Shown here: positions 50,090-64,000 of the stretch, one piece after another
Numbering within the stretch: position 1 is the stretch's first letter
Layout: the number at the start of each line of letters is the position of its first letter
Source: Eledone cirrhosa
Lineage: Eukaryota
Assembly (NCBI GenBank): GCA_964016885.1
Contig: OZ024740.1
Coordinates: forward strand, 146,754,001-146,818,000
Direction: 5' to 3'
Length of the DNA: 64,000 nt
Position numbers and translations under genes: made by a program
Notes under the pieces: generated by a model
What the model saw: the letters and a program-made list of their open reading frames with translations, nothing else
Told to the model about the DNA's origin: nothing
Database searches by the model: none

Positions 50090-52212
50090 TCCGTGCCCTT
50101 CTCAAATTCTATAACCCGTAGCTCCAATAATGATGGGTATGAAGCTAAAGGTGTATCTTGGATACTGGATTTGTAAAATCCTCATCAATGGTCCGTAGAT
50201 GTCTTCCTTCTCCTGTATTTTTCTGACAACGTTTACATCAAGTGGGCAGCTGATCTCCACAACAGAACACGTTTTCAATGTGTGGTCCCAAACAGTAATA
50301 TGAGGCCGGTTGTGCTTTAATTTGGTGACAGTTTTTATTTTCAGGTTCCACCAGTATTCCTTAGTGCCATCTGTCTCAATATATTCTTCCTCGTTTGTTG
50401 TTAATTTTGTTTTCCGAAGTGCGTTCCAGATGGTTCTAGCTATCCCATCGTGTCTCATGGGGAGGTAGTAGCGAGTTGACATTCTTTCGCAGCTGGCAAC
50501 AATGTGGCTTACATCTTCGATCTTTGTTTTACATAGCCTGCATTTATTGTCAGCTGATGGCCCTCCTCTTTTGTGCAGCAGATATTTGGTAGGCAGTTCT
50601 TGTTCCTGTGTTGCATAGAGATATCCCTCAAGGTGTGATGTCATAAACTTGTCGAAACTCCATGCCAGGCTTTTTGAGTGGTTTATCCCCTCTATGGTCT
50701 GTGTTTTACGTCTCAAGTATCCATGCACAACTTTTTCTGTAAATTGGTCAATTTTTTCATCCTGTTTGAACCTTGAATAGGATATTCCGATTTCTCTGGG
50801 TGAGAGATTTATATCAGGCTTTATTCCATATCTCTCCTCCAGATCAGTCGCTATTCAAATGATATTTTTTTTTTCATGCTCATAAACCTGGGCAAGATGG
50901 TTGCCAACCTTTTTCCTCTGTTGAAGGTGTTGCTTCAGTGTTACTATCCGGGTCTCATATGTTGTTAATATTGATTTTAGACCCCGGCCACCTTCCTTGC
51001 GTGAGAAGTATAGCCTATCCACATCACCATTGATGTTAAAGTTCCCAGTAACATTGAGAAGTTTGCGAGTTCTAACATCCATCTCACTTAGTTCTTGCAA
51101 TGACCAGTTCAGCAGGCCAAATGTTGGCGTTAGAATTGGCACAGCATAAGTATTGTGGGCAATGTATTTGTTGTACGCTGACAGTTCTGATGACCATATT
51201 TTCTTTACTCTTCTGAGGTATTCAGTTCTGGTTCTCTCCTTATTTATGGGTCCATCATATCTGACATTCTCATCCTGTCCAAGATATCTGTAGTTGTCAC
51301 CTGACTGTAGAGGTTGTATTGTCAGGCCGTTCATCTCTAGATTTCTAGAGGAGGGCACAGCTCTTCCACGTTTTACTGCCAAATATGCACACTTGGACTC
51401 ACCAAATTTCATTTTGATGTCGGTTGAAAATTGTGTAATGAGGTCAAATTGTTTCTTGATGTCATTGATATTTGGCCCATACAACTTCAGGTCATCAACA
51501 AAGAAAAGATGGGAGATACTTCTGGACCCACTTCTTTGTCCACCTTGTTTCCTGAGTAGGTAAGATAGTGGATTCAGTGAGAGAACGAAGAGTAGCACTG
51601 ACAAGCTATCAAAAAGCATTTGATAGTGTACCTCATGGGTGGATTATTAAGGCTTTACAGTTAACCAAAGTCCCACAACCATTGGACAAGCTATCACCCT
51701 GAAAGATGCCCTTCTGGTAATGTATCTTATCAGTCTTAACTTGCTCCTTCTCACCTCTAAGGATAAAATTGGTGTACCAGTTCTTGGTCAGGCGTTCAAC
51801 AGCAGCTACCAATGGTTGTGGGACTTTTGCTAACTGTAAAGCCTTAATAATCCACCCATGAGGTACACTATCAAATGCTTTTTGATAGTCCAGCCACACC
51901 ACAGTCATGTTTCTGCGATTCTTTGTTGTTTTTTCCTGAATCATTTTGTTAGTTATTAGGTGATCTATGCAACCCCACACCTCCCTCTTTCCACCAGCTT
52001 GCTCAGGTGTTATGATGTTGTTGGTAGCACAGTGATCCTGTAAGAACAGGTTAAGGCACCCAGTATATAATTTATACATGATGTTTTGGCAGGCTATTGG
52101 GCGGTAATTTTTAGCAAGGGTGGTTTGGCTATTTTTGGGAATGAGGAGAGTAGTGGCAGTTGTTAACCATCTGGGCAGTTCTTGTGTGCCTTTAATGGTT
52201 TCTGTAAACAGC
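50090..52212 (-). mobile_element. R4/Dong-like (RLE-type) non-LTR retrotransposon, 5'-truncated and disrupted
   Basis: NYRPIAC, WLDYQKAFDSVPH, GIFQGDSLS, HLFFVDDLKLY, CRLC..HIVASC, RHD, NRP.I..VEISCP. Confidence 0.85.
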
Positions 52213-52295
52213 CGTATGTATGTATGTATGTATGTATGTATGTATGTATGTATGTATGTATGTATGTATGTATGTATGTATGTATGTATGTATGT

Positions 52296-52515
52296 ATGTC
52301 AGGTCACCAGTTGGTGGTACTGGTAACATGTATCCCATGTGGTACCATGGGCCCAGCACTATGTGTCAATAATTGTCACACGTGTAGTGTTTGTACCAGA
52401 GTTTTCAAGTCGCTGGCTGGACTAAAAAGTCACACTCGTTCAGCGCATCGGTAGGGGTTCTCCTACATGGATATAAAGTAGTGGCCGTACTCGAAAACGA
52501 GTTGGCAGTCACCAT
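52296..52515 (+). mobile_element. Minimal RTE-derived bipartite element (about 45-bp 5' end fused to the 3' end)
   Basis: Matches 811-851 and then 1247-1422. Flanked by (ATGT)n. Confidence 0.75.
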
Positions 52516-52573
52516 GTATGTATGTATGTATGTATGTATGTATGTATGTATGTATGTATGTATGTATGTATGT

Positions 52574-52770
52574 ATGTCGGGTCACTCTTGAGTGCTACTG
52601 GTAATATGTAACCCAGTACAACCTGTCGCATGGTCGGGTCGTCGGCGACTAAACCGGCAACCCCACCAAGTTTACTTGGTGAGGAGGGTGGTTTTGGACA
52701 CCCTGCAGGATAAAAAACAAAACCTGACAAAGGGCGGAAGAACTCATAAGAGTCAACGGCCATCCAAAAG
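52574..52770 (+). mobile_element. RTE-type 5'UTR copy
   Basis: Homologous to 811-1005. Confidence 0.75.
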
Positions 52771-53054
52771 TGTGTAAATATGTATATACACATGTACATA
52801 TGTATGCATATGTGTATATACATGGGTGCATGTGTATGTATATGCGCGGGGACATAGAAATAGTCGGGCTGGACACCCGATCACGCAGTTAAACCACTGG
52901 GAGTGAAAGACCCCTAGCCCCTAGCTTTTCGGGTTATAGCTACTGTCGCTCAGAGAGTAGGATTGGCTCAGTGCACAGTCTTTCTTCACTTTAAAAAATA
53001 TCTTCACGCACAGGCCTTGCACGATAGAATTAATTAATAATTATTAATAATGGT

Positions 53055-53105
53055 ATATCATGCAATGGCCATACTCGATAACGAGGGGGCAGCCATCATC
53101 ATGTA
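53055..53105 (+). mobile_element. RTE-type extreme 3' end with an (ATGT)n tail
   Basis: tggccatactcgataacgagggggcagccatc resembles tggccgtactcgaaaacgagttggcagccacc. Confidence 0.55.
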
Positions 53106-53141
53106 TGTATGTATGTATGTATGTATGTATGTATGTATGTA

Positions 53142-53320
<179 letters not shown>

Positions 53321-54051
53321 CATAGACGAATAAGATTTTAAAATGTCAATATTTAGCAGTTTCACGATATTTATATTTTGTGTAACACAGTTTAGAATGT
53401 ATGACTACTTGCGCCTCCTAATTGAAAAAATGGATTGACTGTATTATTGATATTCTATACTCTATTTAAGAAATAAATACAACCTATTATTATATAAAAA
53501 TCTCGTATAGATATATTTTTCTAAGTTATCTAAAAGAAATGGACAAATCCAATCTGTTTTTTGTGCTTTCAGATAACTTAGCTAACATTTAATGAAGGTA
53601 AACATCTCTTCATCCTATCTGCTGCTGGCACTGATTGCCATTTTAATTATCATTTAATCAGTAGCCAATTTTGAAATCATTTAATTATATTTTCTCTATG
53701 AAAAATTTGTTTGGTTTGCTAATTTACGCCGTCAGCTCCCGTCCGGAAAAACGAAGTAGCAACAATAGTGAATCGAGGAAAGGATATTGTTTGACAATTT
53801 GCTGGCGGCGGAAAAAACCATTGACGCAGCATGGTCATCGTTCAACGGATATGCCTCGTTGAAAAGACATGTCTTTGCTAGAGCTTCGCAGTTTCTGATT
53901 AAAGAGCCTTTTTCTAATAGAATAATATCACTGTTATGAATAACTGCAATTTTTCATTTGGTCATATATATTTTTTTCCTTTTCCTTGTCATTAACGAGA
54001 ATGTTATGACAAATGGAAAGAGTATCTGTACACGTGTGTATGCGTATACGA

Positions 54052-54126
<75 letters not shown>

Positions 54127-54554
54127 AGAATGGAAGTTGGAGAGATTGAAAACAGATGGCTAGAAGATGTATATAAACAGATCTATAGAAACAGCAAAGA
54201 ACAGCGTTTGATATGACATCTTGTCACCTCATTCAAAGAATAAAAACTAGAAGGGGATGATAATTAAATTACTCTAAAGGATAATAATGTACAGGAGGAA
54301 AGAAATTGGAAGTAATAAGGGACTGCAGAAAAGAAATTAAATTTAAAAAAATGCTTTGTCAATAGAAAGGAGGAGAGGAATGCAGAGCCGTGCGGGAGAA
54401 GAAATAATTGTTTCTACTTTAGGCACAAGGCCAGCAATTATCCAGTGCATTACTGGTACTTTATTTTATCGGGAGAAGAAATAATGGACGTGTGAAAGAA
54501 AATACTATCAATAGCAGTAGAATATTTTCTTGATTTTCTGATGAAAACCTGTCA

Positions 54555-54750
54555 CAAGGCCAGGAAATTTAATGAAAAAGGAAAATCGATTATATAAACT
54601 CCAATACTCCACTGATACTTTATTTTATCAATTTCAAAAGGACGCAACACAAAGTTGACTTTGGCGGGATTTGAACGCAGAACGTAAACAGCCTGAACAA
54701 AGATCGTAAAGCATTTGTTCACAGCTCTAACAATACTGCCAATCCACCAC
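54555..54750 (-). mobile_element. Degenerate SINE (another fragment at 54404-54470)
   Basis: ggcgggatttgaac B-box and the SINE core and tail. Confidence 0.65.
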
Positions 54751-54904
54751 CTGGTTTAAAGGACTGAAGTGTAGTAGTTCCTGTTCAATATCTATTTGCC
54801 ATTTATTGTTATATTTAGGGATGGTCATTTTGCCAATTTTGCCAATAAAACCACACGCACTATCCGATTTCCACTTCAGATTTATTATTAGTTATTAGTT
54901 GATT

Positions 54905-54949
54905 CGTCAAAGCTCTTTCGTCACATGTTCTGTGACCTCCTCAATGACA
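54905..54949 (-). ncRNA. Degenerate ultra-minimal hammerhead in a pLTR remnant
   Basis: Minus strand: tgtca TTGAGGA g gtcac agaacat gtgac GAAA gagc TT tgacg. Same layout as 32954. Confidence 0.45.
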
Positions 54950-55204
54950 TTTGTTCTTCTTTTCTGTATCTCCTCTCCTTTTTGGTCTTAATCCGTTTCT
55001 TCCCAGACATTATTTGTCTTTAATGTCAGTCACTTTTTAATGGTTGCTAACTTTTCACATTCATTTTGTTTGTTTGTATGAGAGAAAAGGAGAGATATGA
55101 AGACAGAGAAAGAGAGAGAGAGAGAGATAAGGGAAGAGATAGAAAGAGAGAGAGGAAGAGAGAGAGAGAGAGGGGGAGAGAGAGAGAGAGATAAGGGAAG
55201 AGAT

Positions 55205-55250
<46 letters not shown>

Positions 55251-55311
55251 AAAGAGAAGGAGAGAGAGAAGAGAGAGAAACAGAAAGAAAGAAATATAGA
55301 GGAAGGAACGA

Positions 55312-55463
55312 ATCCAGTACTGGACTGGTACTTCCTTTATCGACCTCGAAAGGATGAAAGGTAATGTTGACCTCGGTGAGATTTGAATTCAGAGTGCAGA
55401 GAGCTGGAAAGAATACTGTAAAACCTTTTATCCGATGTTCTAACGACTCTGCCAATTCGCGCC
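55312..55463 (-). mobile_element. SINE
   Basis: Same core as the other SINE copies. Confidence 0.7.
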
Positions 55464-56767
55464 GCTATAATCTGAAGGAATCGTCTCCAATTGACCCGGT
55501 GGGACTCTCATGCAAATTCAATCGAGTTCATGGATATTATCCTACCATCTTGCTCGTGTTTTACCTCTGGCCTCGTACCAGTTGGTTTAAATCGTAAAAT
55601 CTGTCATGCGATTTTTTTTTTCCCTTAGATATTCTAAACAAATGTCCGTAGTATCGGAGCTGTGATCTCTCGATTCGGGGCGGTAGCAGCTATACCTGGA
55701 GCGACTCTATATAAAGTCAGAAGTGCTGGCTGATGAGGAGGTCAGGACCAAGCATGGGGATAGTATTGCAGCCAAATTCAGAGTACTCCCCGAACAAAGT
55801 GGGAACACTGATACAGAGTGGAGACTGTTCAGCCCAGCAGTTTCCTGCTTCAGCTGTTAAATGTGGGTGAAAGCGGCAGGAAAACTCGTTGGTGCAATCG
55901 GGTGGTTAACTATGTCATCGGAGCAAAGAATAAGGCTTACAAAGTTTGGATTGAAATAATCTCAGCAATTAACTAAATACAATTAGTTCCTCTATCCATG
56001 TTGAGTACTGATTTCTGATACTAGTGTGTATCTGAGTCCTGACTTGTGTGAATTGATAAATTTAAAACTGACGATCGATTATAATAATAAATATTACTTT
56101 AAAAAATATATAAAAGTTTTTCGACGTTTTCGCTGTTAAGAAGTTTAAAGAGTATGTTATGAAAAAAAACAGTAACTGCTTAATGCAAACTATATACTCT
56201 TTTGATGTTTAAAGAGCATCATCAACTTTGAAATCCGTGCTTCGTCTACAATTATTTCAAATATTGAGCCAGTTCATTTTTTTTTTATCTTGAGGTATTT
56301 GAAGGCTCATCGAACCCTGAATGATGAACGTTCTTAACGTTCCTATTGAACAGTTGCAATTCGACAGCAATCATGTGCAGGAAGGGAATACTAGAGAAAC
56401 GAGATTTTTCTAAGGAGATGTTGGAATTGTGACCACCACCCAAGACAGAGCCTGGTTTGGTTGTCACAATATGTGTGACGAGAATGAGGAAATACGTAGC
56501 AGTCAGGTGAGCCTGAATGGAGATGGTATGAGACCAACTTATTCAGAAGAGCAGAATTCTAGATCAAGAAATAATATTAATTGTATTAAAATAAATACTT
56601 TAGCAATTTCAACGTCGAATAGGTTCCAGGCTCGAAACTAAATGATTTGTAATTTTTGTTACATGATAGAATAAAGTACCAGTCATATACTGGTCGATAT
56701 AATCGTTTCTCCTTTTCCCAAAATTGCTGACCTTGTGCTTAAATAAGAAACCGCTATTATTGTTATT

Positions 56768-56957
56768 GGTGGATTGGCAGTATCGGTAGAACGTCAGACA
56801 CCATGCTGTGCAGCATAGAGTTATGACCCTTTACGTTCTGAGCTCAAATCCCGTGGAGGTTAACTTTGCCTTTCTTTCTTACGGGGTCGATAAAATAAAG
56901 CACCAGTAATGCACTGGGGTAATTGCTGGCCTTGTGTCAAAAGTAGAAACAATTATT
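56768..56957 (+). mobile_element. Full-length tRNA-derived SINE
   Basis: A-box tggcagtatcggtag, B-box gagctcaaatccc, core and tail. Confidence 0.8.
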
Positions 56958-56967
56958 GTTATGCTAC

Positions 56968-56998
<31 letters not shown>

Positions 56999-57409
56999 TA
57001 TTGTTGTTGTTATGTAGTCGGAGGTCAGCTGCGATCAAGCAGAAAGTTATCTGAGAAGACTGGCTTCATTGACAGTTTAACTTTAAATTCACCAAGAGAG
57101 TAACATTTTAAAAGATCAGAATAGTGTAGTCTCTTGACAAAATATATCGTAATTAATATTTCAATTCTGATCAGTTGATAACAATCTACAAAGCGCTAAT
57201 GCATTCCCTATAGCAATAATAGTCACATTTCTTGAACACAGCTGCACAAACAGCAAGACTTCAAATAAAGTCATTCAGTTGTTTTGCACAGACTCACTCA
57301 GCAACAAGCTACATTGAAAAGCCCACATATATAGCATTGATTTTTCCATTCCTTTTCTATTCATAGTACATTTACGATTTTATCACGTTTACTTTCTCTT
57401 TCTCTCTGT

Positions 57410-57483
<74 letters not shown>

Positions 57484-57924
57484 ACACACACCTGTGTGTG
57501 TGCGTGTATATATGTATGTATATATATATATATATATGCGCACATTCATATATAAACACTCCCACGCACACACATACACACACACTCACCACACACACAC
57601 CACACCACTCCATATTTACACACATATTCATATATATTTGCGGAACACATTTTTCTTTCAGATGTGTTCTAGTTTTATCTTTTTTATGATTTTTTTCATA
57701 TTTACATATGAGTTTTTAAAACTTTGTTTAAACCGCAAAGTTCCTAAACATATCATCAACGTTTCTATACCTTTATGGTCTCATCTTCAGGACAAAGTGA
57801 GGTTTGTCTGTATTAGGGCTTCTTTATAGTAAGTGAGGGCTATGTGATTCGTGTAGACATTATCGCCGGGATTTGAATTTTGACGGCGAGATTTATATCA
57901 TTTACTCAGGTGTATTTTGTTCTT

Positions 57925-58075
57925 GGGGCGGCGTGAATCATTAGAATGTCGGATAGAATGCTTTGAGTATTTGTTCTGACTCTCTGCACTCTGAGTTCAA
58001 ATCCCTTCCAGGTTAACTACGCCTTTCATCCATTTAAAGTCGATAAAAAAAGTACTGGGGTACTAGTACTGGGGT
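57925..58075 (+). mobile_element. Degenerate SINE
   Basis: gagttcaaatccc..gcctttcatcc..gtcgataaaa. Confidence 0.65.
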
Positions 58076-58859
58076 AGATTCCTCCTCTATATATCTTTCT
58101 CTCACTCGCTATCCTTCTCATGAAGAATTCTGCTGTATTAAGACCCGGAGAGGAGATAGGCTCCGCAAGGTTTCAAAATGCCCTAGAAACGCCGAATGTC
58201 GACATGGTGCTCCTACGATTCTCTAAGGAGTTACTTTTCCATACATACATTTTGTTTGTGACATGTAAGAGTTGCCTGTAAGATTATTTTTGCCAATGTG
58301 CTTTCTTATAACTGCTGCTTTAATCGTCTATTTTTGTGGCGAATTCTGTTGAATTTAAACATGTTGTCCACAAATATTTTCTTATATAGTTCTGTTTTGT
58401 TTTGTGGACATGATGAGCCGTTAGTGGAGTATTGTACTTGTATGGTAAGTCGTGAAGTTTACAACTTTCACACATGCAAACAAATGTATATATCGTATGA
58501 GCTATTAGCAGCTCCTTCTCGGGTTTACTCGCTTGAGGTCTGTTATTTATACGGAGGGTTTTAATTATAGTGATTTTGTAGTATATTACTCGTGCTTATG
58601 GTTCATGGTTTTGAGTAATTTATTTTGTGTTCTGTCATTGATTTAAACAATTTTTTTAGAGATTTTTGATAATGTGTTAATCTATTCAATAGACAGTATG
58701 CGTCTGATTCATATAATATTGTTCATGCATTGTTTGTGCACTGACGAGGTGTCTGATAAATTTGTTGTGTTGTTTTGTGTTCATATAGTTCTGTGGCTTG
58801 GTTTATTGGTTTGTTAGAAAACCGTTGTTGATTTTAATGTTTGTTTTACTCTGTGAAGT

Positions 58860-59122
58860 TGGCGTGGTCTCCCGATTAGCGTGTTAAACTTACGATCATA
58901 ATGAAGTAGGTTCGATTTTTAGACCGGGTTGCGCGTTACATTCATTTCACGTTGTTCCAGTACACTGGAAATAGTACCAGCAGTTGCTCGGAGTTAACCC
59001 TACAATGGATGGGTGTCAGGTCCCGGTGGGGAGTCTTGTACTCATAGTCGCTTAATGCCAATGAAAACCGAGATAAGCACCGGTCTCATGAGCCTTCGGG
59101 CTTGGGACAGACTTTACTTTTT
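58860..59122 (+). mobile_element. Second tRNA-derived SINE family
   Basis: tRNA-like head (tggcgtgg..ggttcgat), aaccctacaatgga core, and 3' aaaaccgagataagcaccgg..cagactttac. Confidence 0.55.
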
Positions 59123-59423
59123 ATTCTGTAGATTTCTTGATCTATTTATCTTTATTTATTTAGTTCGTTTCTGAATGAAAACTTAAATGCTTTTCAAAGT
59201 AGGGATTATATTTTAAACATTTTACGTGTATGGACATTTACAGTTTCCATGTATGGTGTATGTGCTTATTTGTGTCTTTGGTGTAAACGGAAGTGAGGTA
59301 TCTGTTATTTTCTGTTTGAATGCTTGTTTCTAGAAATAGAGTAATTGTATTGATAGGAATTTGCTTCATTTATATTTGTTCTTTTTTTGGTTTTCCAGTA
59401 ATTTCTCGACGTTTTCCATTACG

Positions 59424-59592
59424 CAGACCTGTCAACTCTCCCCGTCCGACGGGGAGATCTCCCACCCGCTTTGGATGAAAATGGGTATAGCTTTCATTAT
59501 ATAAAATCTCCTATTTTGCCTCATTTCTTCCCGTTTAGGGGCACCTTTTTCATGGTACCCCTCGTTTCGGTTTTTAGAGGTTGGCAGGTCTG
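59424..59592. mobile_element. MITE (hAT-like)
   Basis: TIRs cagacctgtcaac / gttggcaggtctg. Confidence 0.65.
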
Positions 59593-60019
59593 ATTACAGT
59601 TAAATATCGCCCTTATGTACCTAGTGTATATAGTATGTTTATGATTTGGTACCACTTTGTTTTCTATTGTAGCTACATTGAACGTCGTGAATGTGGATCC
59701 TAAGAATGATTTTTCCGTAGAATTTGCCTTGTGGACAGTGACAAGGTACTTCTACTGTACCGTTCACTTATTGTTCCTTTAGGATGCAAGCGAGTATGAA
59801 TAATATAATTTACGTAGGATGTATTACTAGGTTTACTAAGTGGCTTGAGACCATAAGTTTTAATGTCAATAGAATCTGATATGATAGATGAAATATAAGA
59901 TAACATCACATTTTATTAGATACGTCTTGTTAATTCTCAAATAAAATGGATAAAGCACAAACAATCGTACACAACCAACATATTCATGGTACAAAATTTC
60001 GCTTACGAGACACAAATGA

Positions 60020-60748
60020 ATCCTATGCTCTTTTTTCTACGTCAGTCATCGAGGTCGAGAAGTTTTGGCATTTCATTACCTTCTGATTAAAAACACCAGC
60101 CTTTATTTTATCATAACTTAGGCCAGGAAATGTTGTACATATGAATTTGAAACAGTCACCCTCCACATTAAGAGCTTTGACAAACTGCTTCATTAGTTCT
60201 AGTTTAATATGAAGGAGTGGAAAGATGATTTTCTCTCGCCCAACAAGTGGTTGGTGTCTGATATTCTTCTCCCCAACTGTCAAACTTTTCCTAACTGGCC
60301 AGTACTTTTGTTCCCAATGTTTGTCTTCCACTCAACTACCTCATAAACACAAGAAACACTGATATTTTGTATACCTTCCTTGTTGACCAAGTAAAAAGTT
60401 GACCATTTTCATATCCACACATATATTCCATTTGTGTTCATCATACTTGAGTAAATCTAATGCAGTTTTTATGTTTCCATGCTTCTCTTTTAAGGGCATA
60501 AAGTGACCAATAGGAATTGCACCTAACGAGTTTCCATTATGGAGCATATTTTAGATTCTTCTTTGAACTATCTATAAAGAGTCTCCATTCACGAGGATCA
60601 TACTGTAGAGCATCCATCGCTTTTAACAGTCCCGCTATGTGATAGAAAAATAGTATTGTCATTTTAAAATTCAGCGGCCCCAAATTACTCAAGAATAGGT
60701 CTCAAACTTAGGTCAGCGGAAAAAAAGCAAAATTTTGTTGACTAGTGT
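60020..60748 (-). mobile_element. DNA transposon remnant, Chapaev3-like transposase
   Basis: LHNGN..IPIGH, WNICVDMKMVNFLLGQQGRYTKYQCFLCL, KIIFPLLHIKLELMKQFVKAL. Terminus ttttgttgactagtg at 60733-60748. The family assignment is from recollection. Confidence 0.6.
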
Positions 60749-61018
60749 AATCATTTTCTTCCAATATCTAAAATTAATTTTAAATGACAAATACACATCA
60801 TACCGATGTAATCAGTTTATTCGATTTAACTTTTAATTTGGTGGTGTTATCTATTTAAATCGTTATGAATTTGTTTTTTCGTTGTGTTAAATTTTTATTT
60901 TTGCAATATATTGGTTTTGCTATTCTTAAAATATTAAATTTCATGGGTAGTATTTGTTTATTGTTGTTTTGGTGTCAATTTCTATTGGAGTCATCTCGTA
61001 AAATTTATATATCTAGAT

Positions 61019-61322
61019 CAGAAGTTCTCAAAGTGGACGCTAACACCCCCAGGGGGCGTTGAGAAGGTCAAGGGGCCTAAGGGGCCTGAGGAGGTTGAGG
61101 GGGTGGGGGTGGTAAAAATGATATAATCTATATACTACTAACACTCTGTGATTGCTTGCTTGCATGCTTGTCTGTAATGTAATACAGCCAAAAGGGCGCA
61201 TAATGAGAAAATACTTTGAAAGGAAGTTGACCCTGAAATGGGGATACAAATGGAATAAAACAAGTTTCGCGTAAATCGGAGCACGGGTTCTCGAGATATG
61301 GGGTTTTTCCGGGTACCTTCAT

Positions 61323-61415
<93 letters not shown>

Positions 61416-61522
61416 TTGTGAGATAGTAGATTGAAAGAGAGACATAGAGAGAGAGAGAGAGAGAGATGAGACAGAGAAGGAGAATGGAAGAGAGAAAGAG
61501 AGAGCTAGTGGTGTTGTTGTGT

Positions 61523-61593
<71 letters not shown>

Positions 61594-61646
61594 TGTGTGT
61601 GTCTATGACCAGTGTATATAGATCACAGACACCTACATATATATAT

Positions 61647-61687
<41 letters not shown>

Positions 61688-62019
61688 TTTATATATATAT
61701 ATACACACACACACATTTATATATATACATACACACACGTATATATATGGGACTTCCAGTTTCATTTCACCTTATATACATATCTGTGTATATTTTAATT
61801 ATCTAAAATTATTTTTAAGTGAACATGATTTAATATATAATATTTATTTATACATAGTATATATTATATTACTTATTATATATAAATTAACGATTTTATT
61901 TATAATATATCATCTTCAATTTGCCTGTAGGCAGGTCTCTCTGGAAATAGGGGCTAGGGGTGATGAGGGTATTACATGGCCGTGAGGGTATTACGGCCCC
62001 AAAAGTTTGAGAACCTCTG
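61019..62019. mobile_element. Non-autonomous hAT (Charlie-like) element with internal microsatellites
   Basis: TIRs cagaagttctcaaa / tttgagaacctctg. The left flank atctagat fits NTCTAGAN, but the right TSD is poorly matched. Confidence 0.5.
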
Positions 62020-62051
62020 GCCTGATTGATAGATAAGTATTTTAAATAACG

Positions 62052-62123
<72 letters not shown>

Positions 62124-62128
<5 letters not shown>

Positions 62129-62901
62129 AAAGTTCTATTTAAAATTGTTGGGATACAACAAGTAAATATTTTTATAACTGATATAAAGCACTCGACAAGT
62201 ATTTGGAGTAGATATACGATATTAATAAATGGAAACTATATTTATAAAACCATATTTATTTCATTATACATATTTCAGGGATACCAAATTAAATTAAATT
62301 ATGGTATGCCTTCATCAGACAAAATACAATATATAACAGTTTTACAAATAAGCTTTGACGTACCCTATTAAAATGCAACCATTATTTTTGGAAGCCATCC
62401 AGATAGTGAGTTGTTTATATTATTTTAATAAGTCATAGTGTTAAGGACAATTAGAAAAAGACGGAGAGAAAGAAAGAGACGGAGAGAGAGAAAGAAAAAA
62501 ACGTGGAGAAGTATCTGAGAGAGAGAGATGCATGGAGAAAAAAGAAAGAGATAAATAAAGACAGGAGGAAATAAAGAAAAAAGGAAGAAATAAGAAATAA
62601 GAAAAACAGAGGAAAGCAACAGAGAGATATTAAGTCATCAGACAGATAGGAAAACTCAAGAGAGAGAAATATTATATATAGAGAGGGGGAAATAATGAAA
62701 ACTTTATGTCATGCTTATATGAAATGAATAATAAAAATATAAATATTAATATTCATGAATGGGACATAAATATATAATATGAGAAATTAAACATTGTTCA
62801 ATAATGACTACATGTTTAGTTTAAAACTTGAGATCAATATACCAAAATTTGGGTGTAATCAATCAAAATGCTAGAGAAATCAGTATCTTAGGCAAAGATA
62901 C

Positions 62902-62932
<31 letters not shown>

Positions 62933-64000
62933 CGCACGTCTTGAAAATATATTTACTCAAGTCAACAATATAGACATACAAAAACGCAGACGAATTCTCT
63001 TAATCACTGCTATACATTCCTTGTGTTATAAAAAAGTTCACAGTATATATACATAAATATATACGATTAACATTCATGTCTTCATATATACGATTACCAT
63101 TCATGCATTTAACATTCTGTTAAAATTATGCATATCTGCAATCAAAACTGCGTGGTTAAGCAACATATCTCTTACCCACACACATAGATATACATATATA
63201 TATACACATATATATGTATAAATAAATATTTGCGTGCGTCTTCCCGCATCACTCATGTATACATACAGACATATATACAATCATAAAAAACCTATAACAC
63301 TTTTATATGCATGTTAATACACATACACATTTGTATAGAGATAATCAAATATCAATATATTACTAAGGATTATACTTTGGAAATATAATTATAACAATAT
63401 AAATTTAAAATACCAAAGGATTATATTTTGGAAATACAATTATATCAGTATAGTCAAAAGGACAAACGAATTCTAGAAATATCAAAGCATTAAATATGTT
63501 TAAAACACTATAGAGTATCTTAAGTTAAAATAATATGTTTCATATATTTAGTATAGAAATTCATCCTACGTATATTTCAATCTAGATATTGAAAGGGTAG
63601 ACTTATGAAAATTATGAGAAGCTATCAGAATCAAAACAAAAGTAATAAAAACAAATAAAAATAAAAATAAATATAAAACTAAAAATAAAAGTTAAATAAA
63701 TATTATATCAATATAATTTAAAAATTTAAAAATTTAAAAAATTTAAAAAAATAAAAAAAAAATAAAAAATAAAAAAATTTAAAAGATTTAAAAAACCCAA
63801 GGATTCTACAGATATCCTTATATTTAGTATAGAAATTTATCTTACGTATATTTTATTTAAGACATTGGAAGTATAGACATTTTAGAGTAGTTTATTATAT
63901 CTATGTTCATATTTAGGAAGAAAGTTTAAAAAGAAAAAGATGAAGGAATCTAATGATTTATCGACAGGTTTCATATATTAACTAAATTACTTAATTAATT
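62124..64000 (-). mobile_element. Diverged copy of the 3' region/pLTR of the 20066-22890 PLE
   Basis: 62124-62370 matches 20064-20300, and 63750-63990 matches the reverse complement of about 21400-21640. Confidence 0.8.
62257..62326 (-). ncRNA. Minimal type I hammerhead ribozyme
   Basis: Minus strand: tattttgt CTGATGA aggcatacca...tggtatccct GAAA tatgta TA atgaaata. Confidence 0.75.

Noticed and set aside
56768-56860. tRNA gene
   Set aside because: The A/B boxes belong to SINE heads and there is no complete cloverleaf.

Overview
This is AT-rich eukaryotic DNA, most likely an octopus (cephalopod) genome judging from the SINE/LINE families (inference). Roughly a third of the window is (TA)n-based microsatellite, which produces nearly all of the YI/IY ORFs (artefacts). 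The only host-gene sequence I can support is one 126-bp phase-0 exon of a PRD-class Q50 homeobox gene (38038-38163, minus strand). The rest is a nested retroelement landscape: two CR1/L2-group LINEs (one nearly intact), a full-length decayed RTE, short RTE-derived bipartite elements, R4-like and CRE-like RLE elements, at least seven Penelope-like elements (PLEs) with tandem or inverted pseudo-LTRs, tRNA-derived SINEs, and hAT/Chapaev3-like DNA transposon remnants. The main hidden signal is a dense set of self-cleaving RNA motifs read by eye. There are about 14 hammerhead ribozyme (HHR) motifs of several architectures, including a U3-A8 core variant in a non-coding 593-bp retrozyme-like tandem unit, a covarying family, a head-to-head HHR palindrome and an HHR with a very long stem II. 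There is also a weaker HDV-like candidate at the 5' end of the RTE-derived element. Two repeat junctions fall at predicted HHR cleavage sites. All folds were made by hand and are untested.
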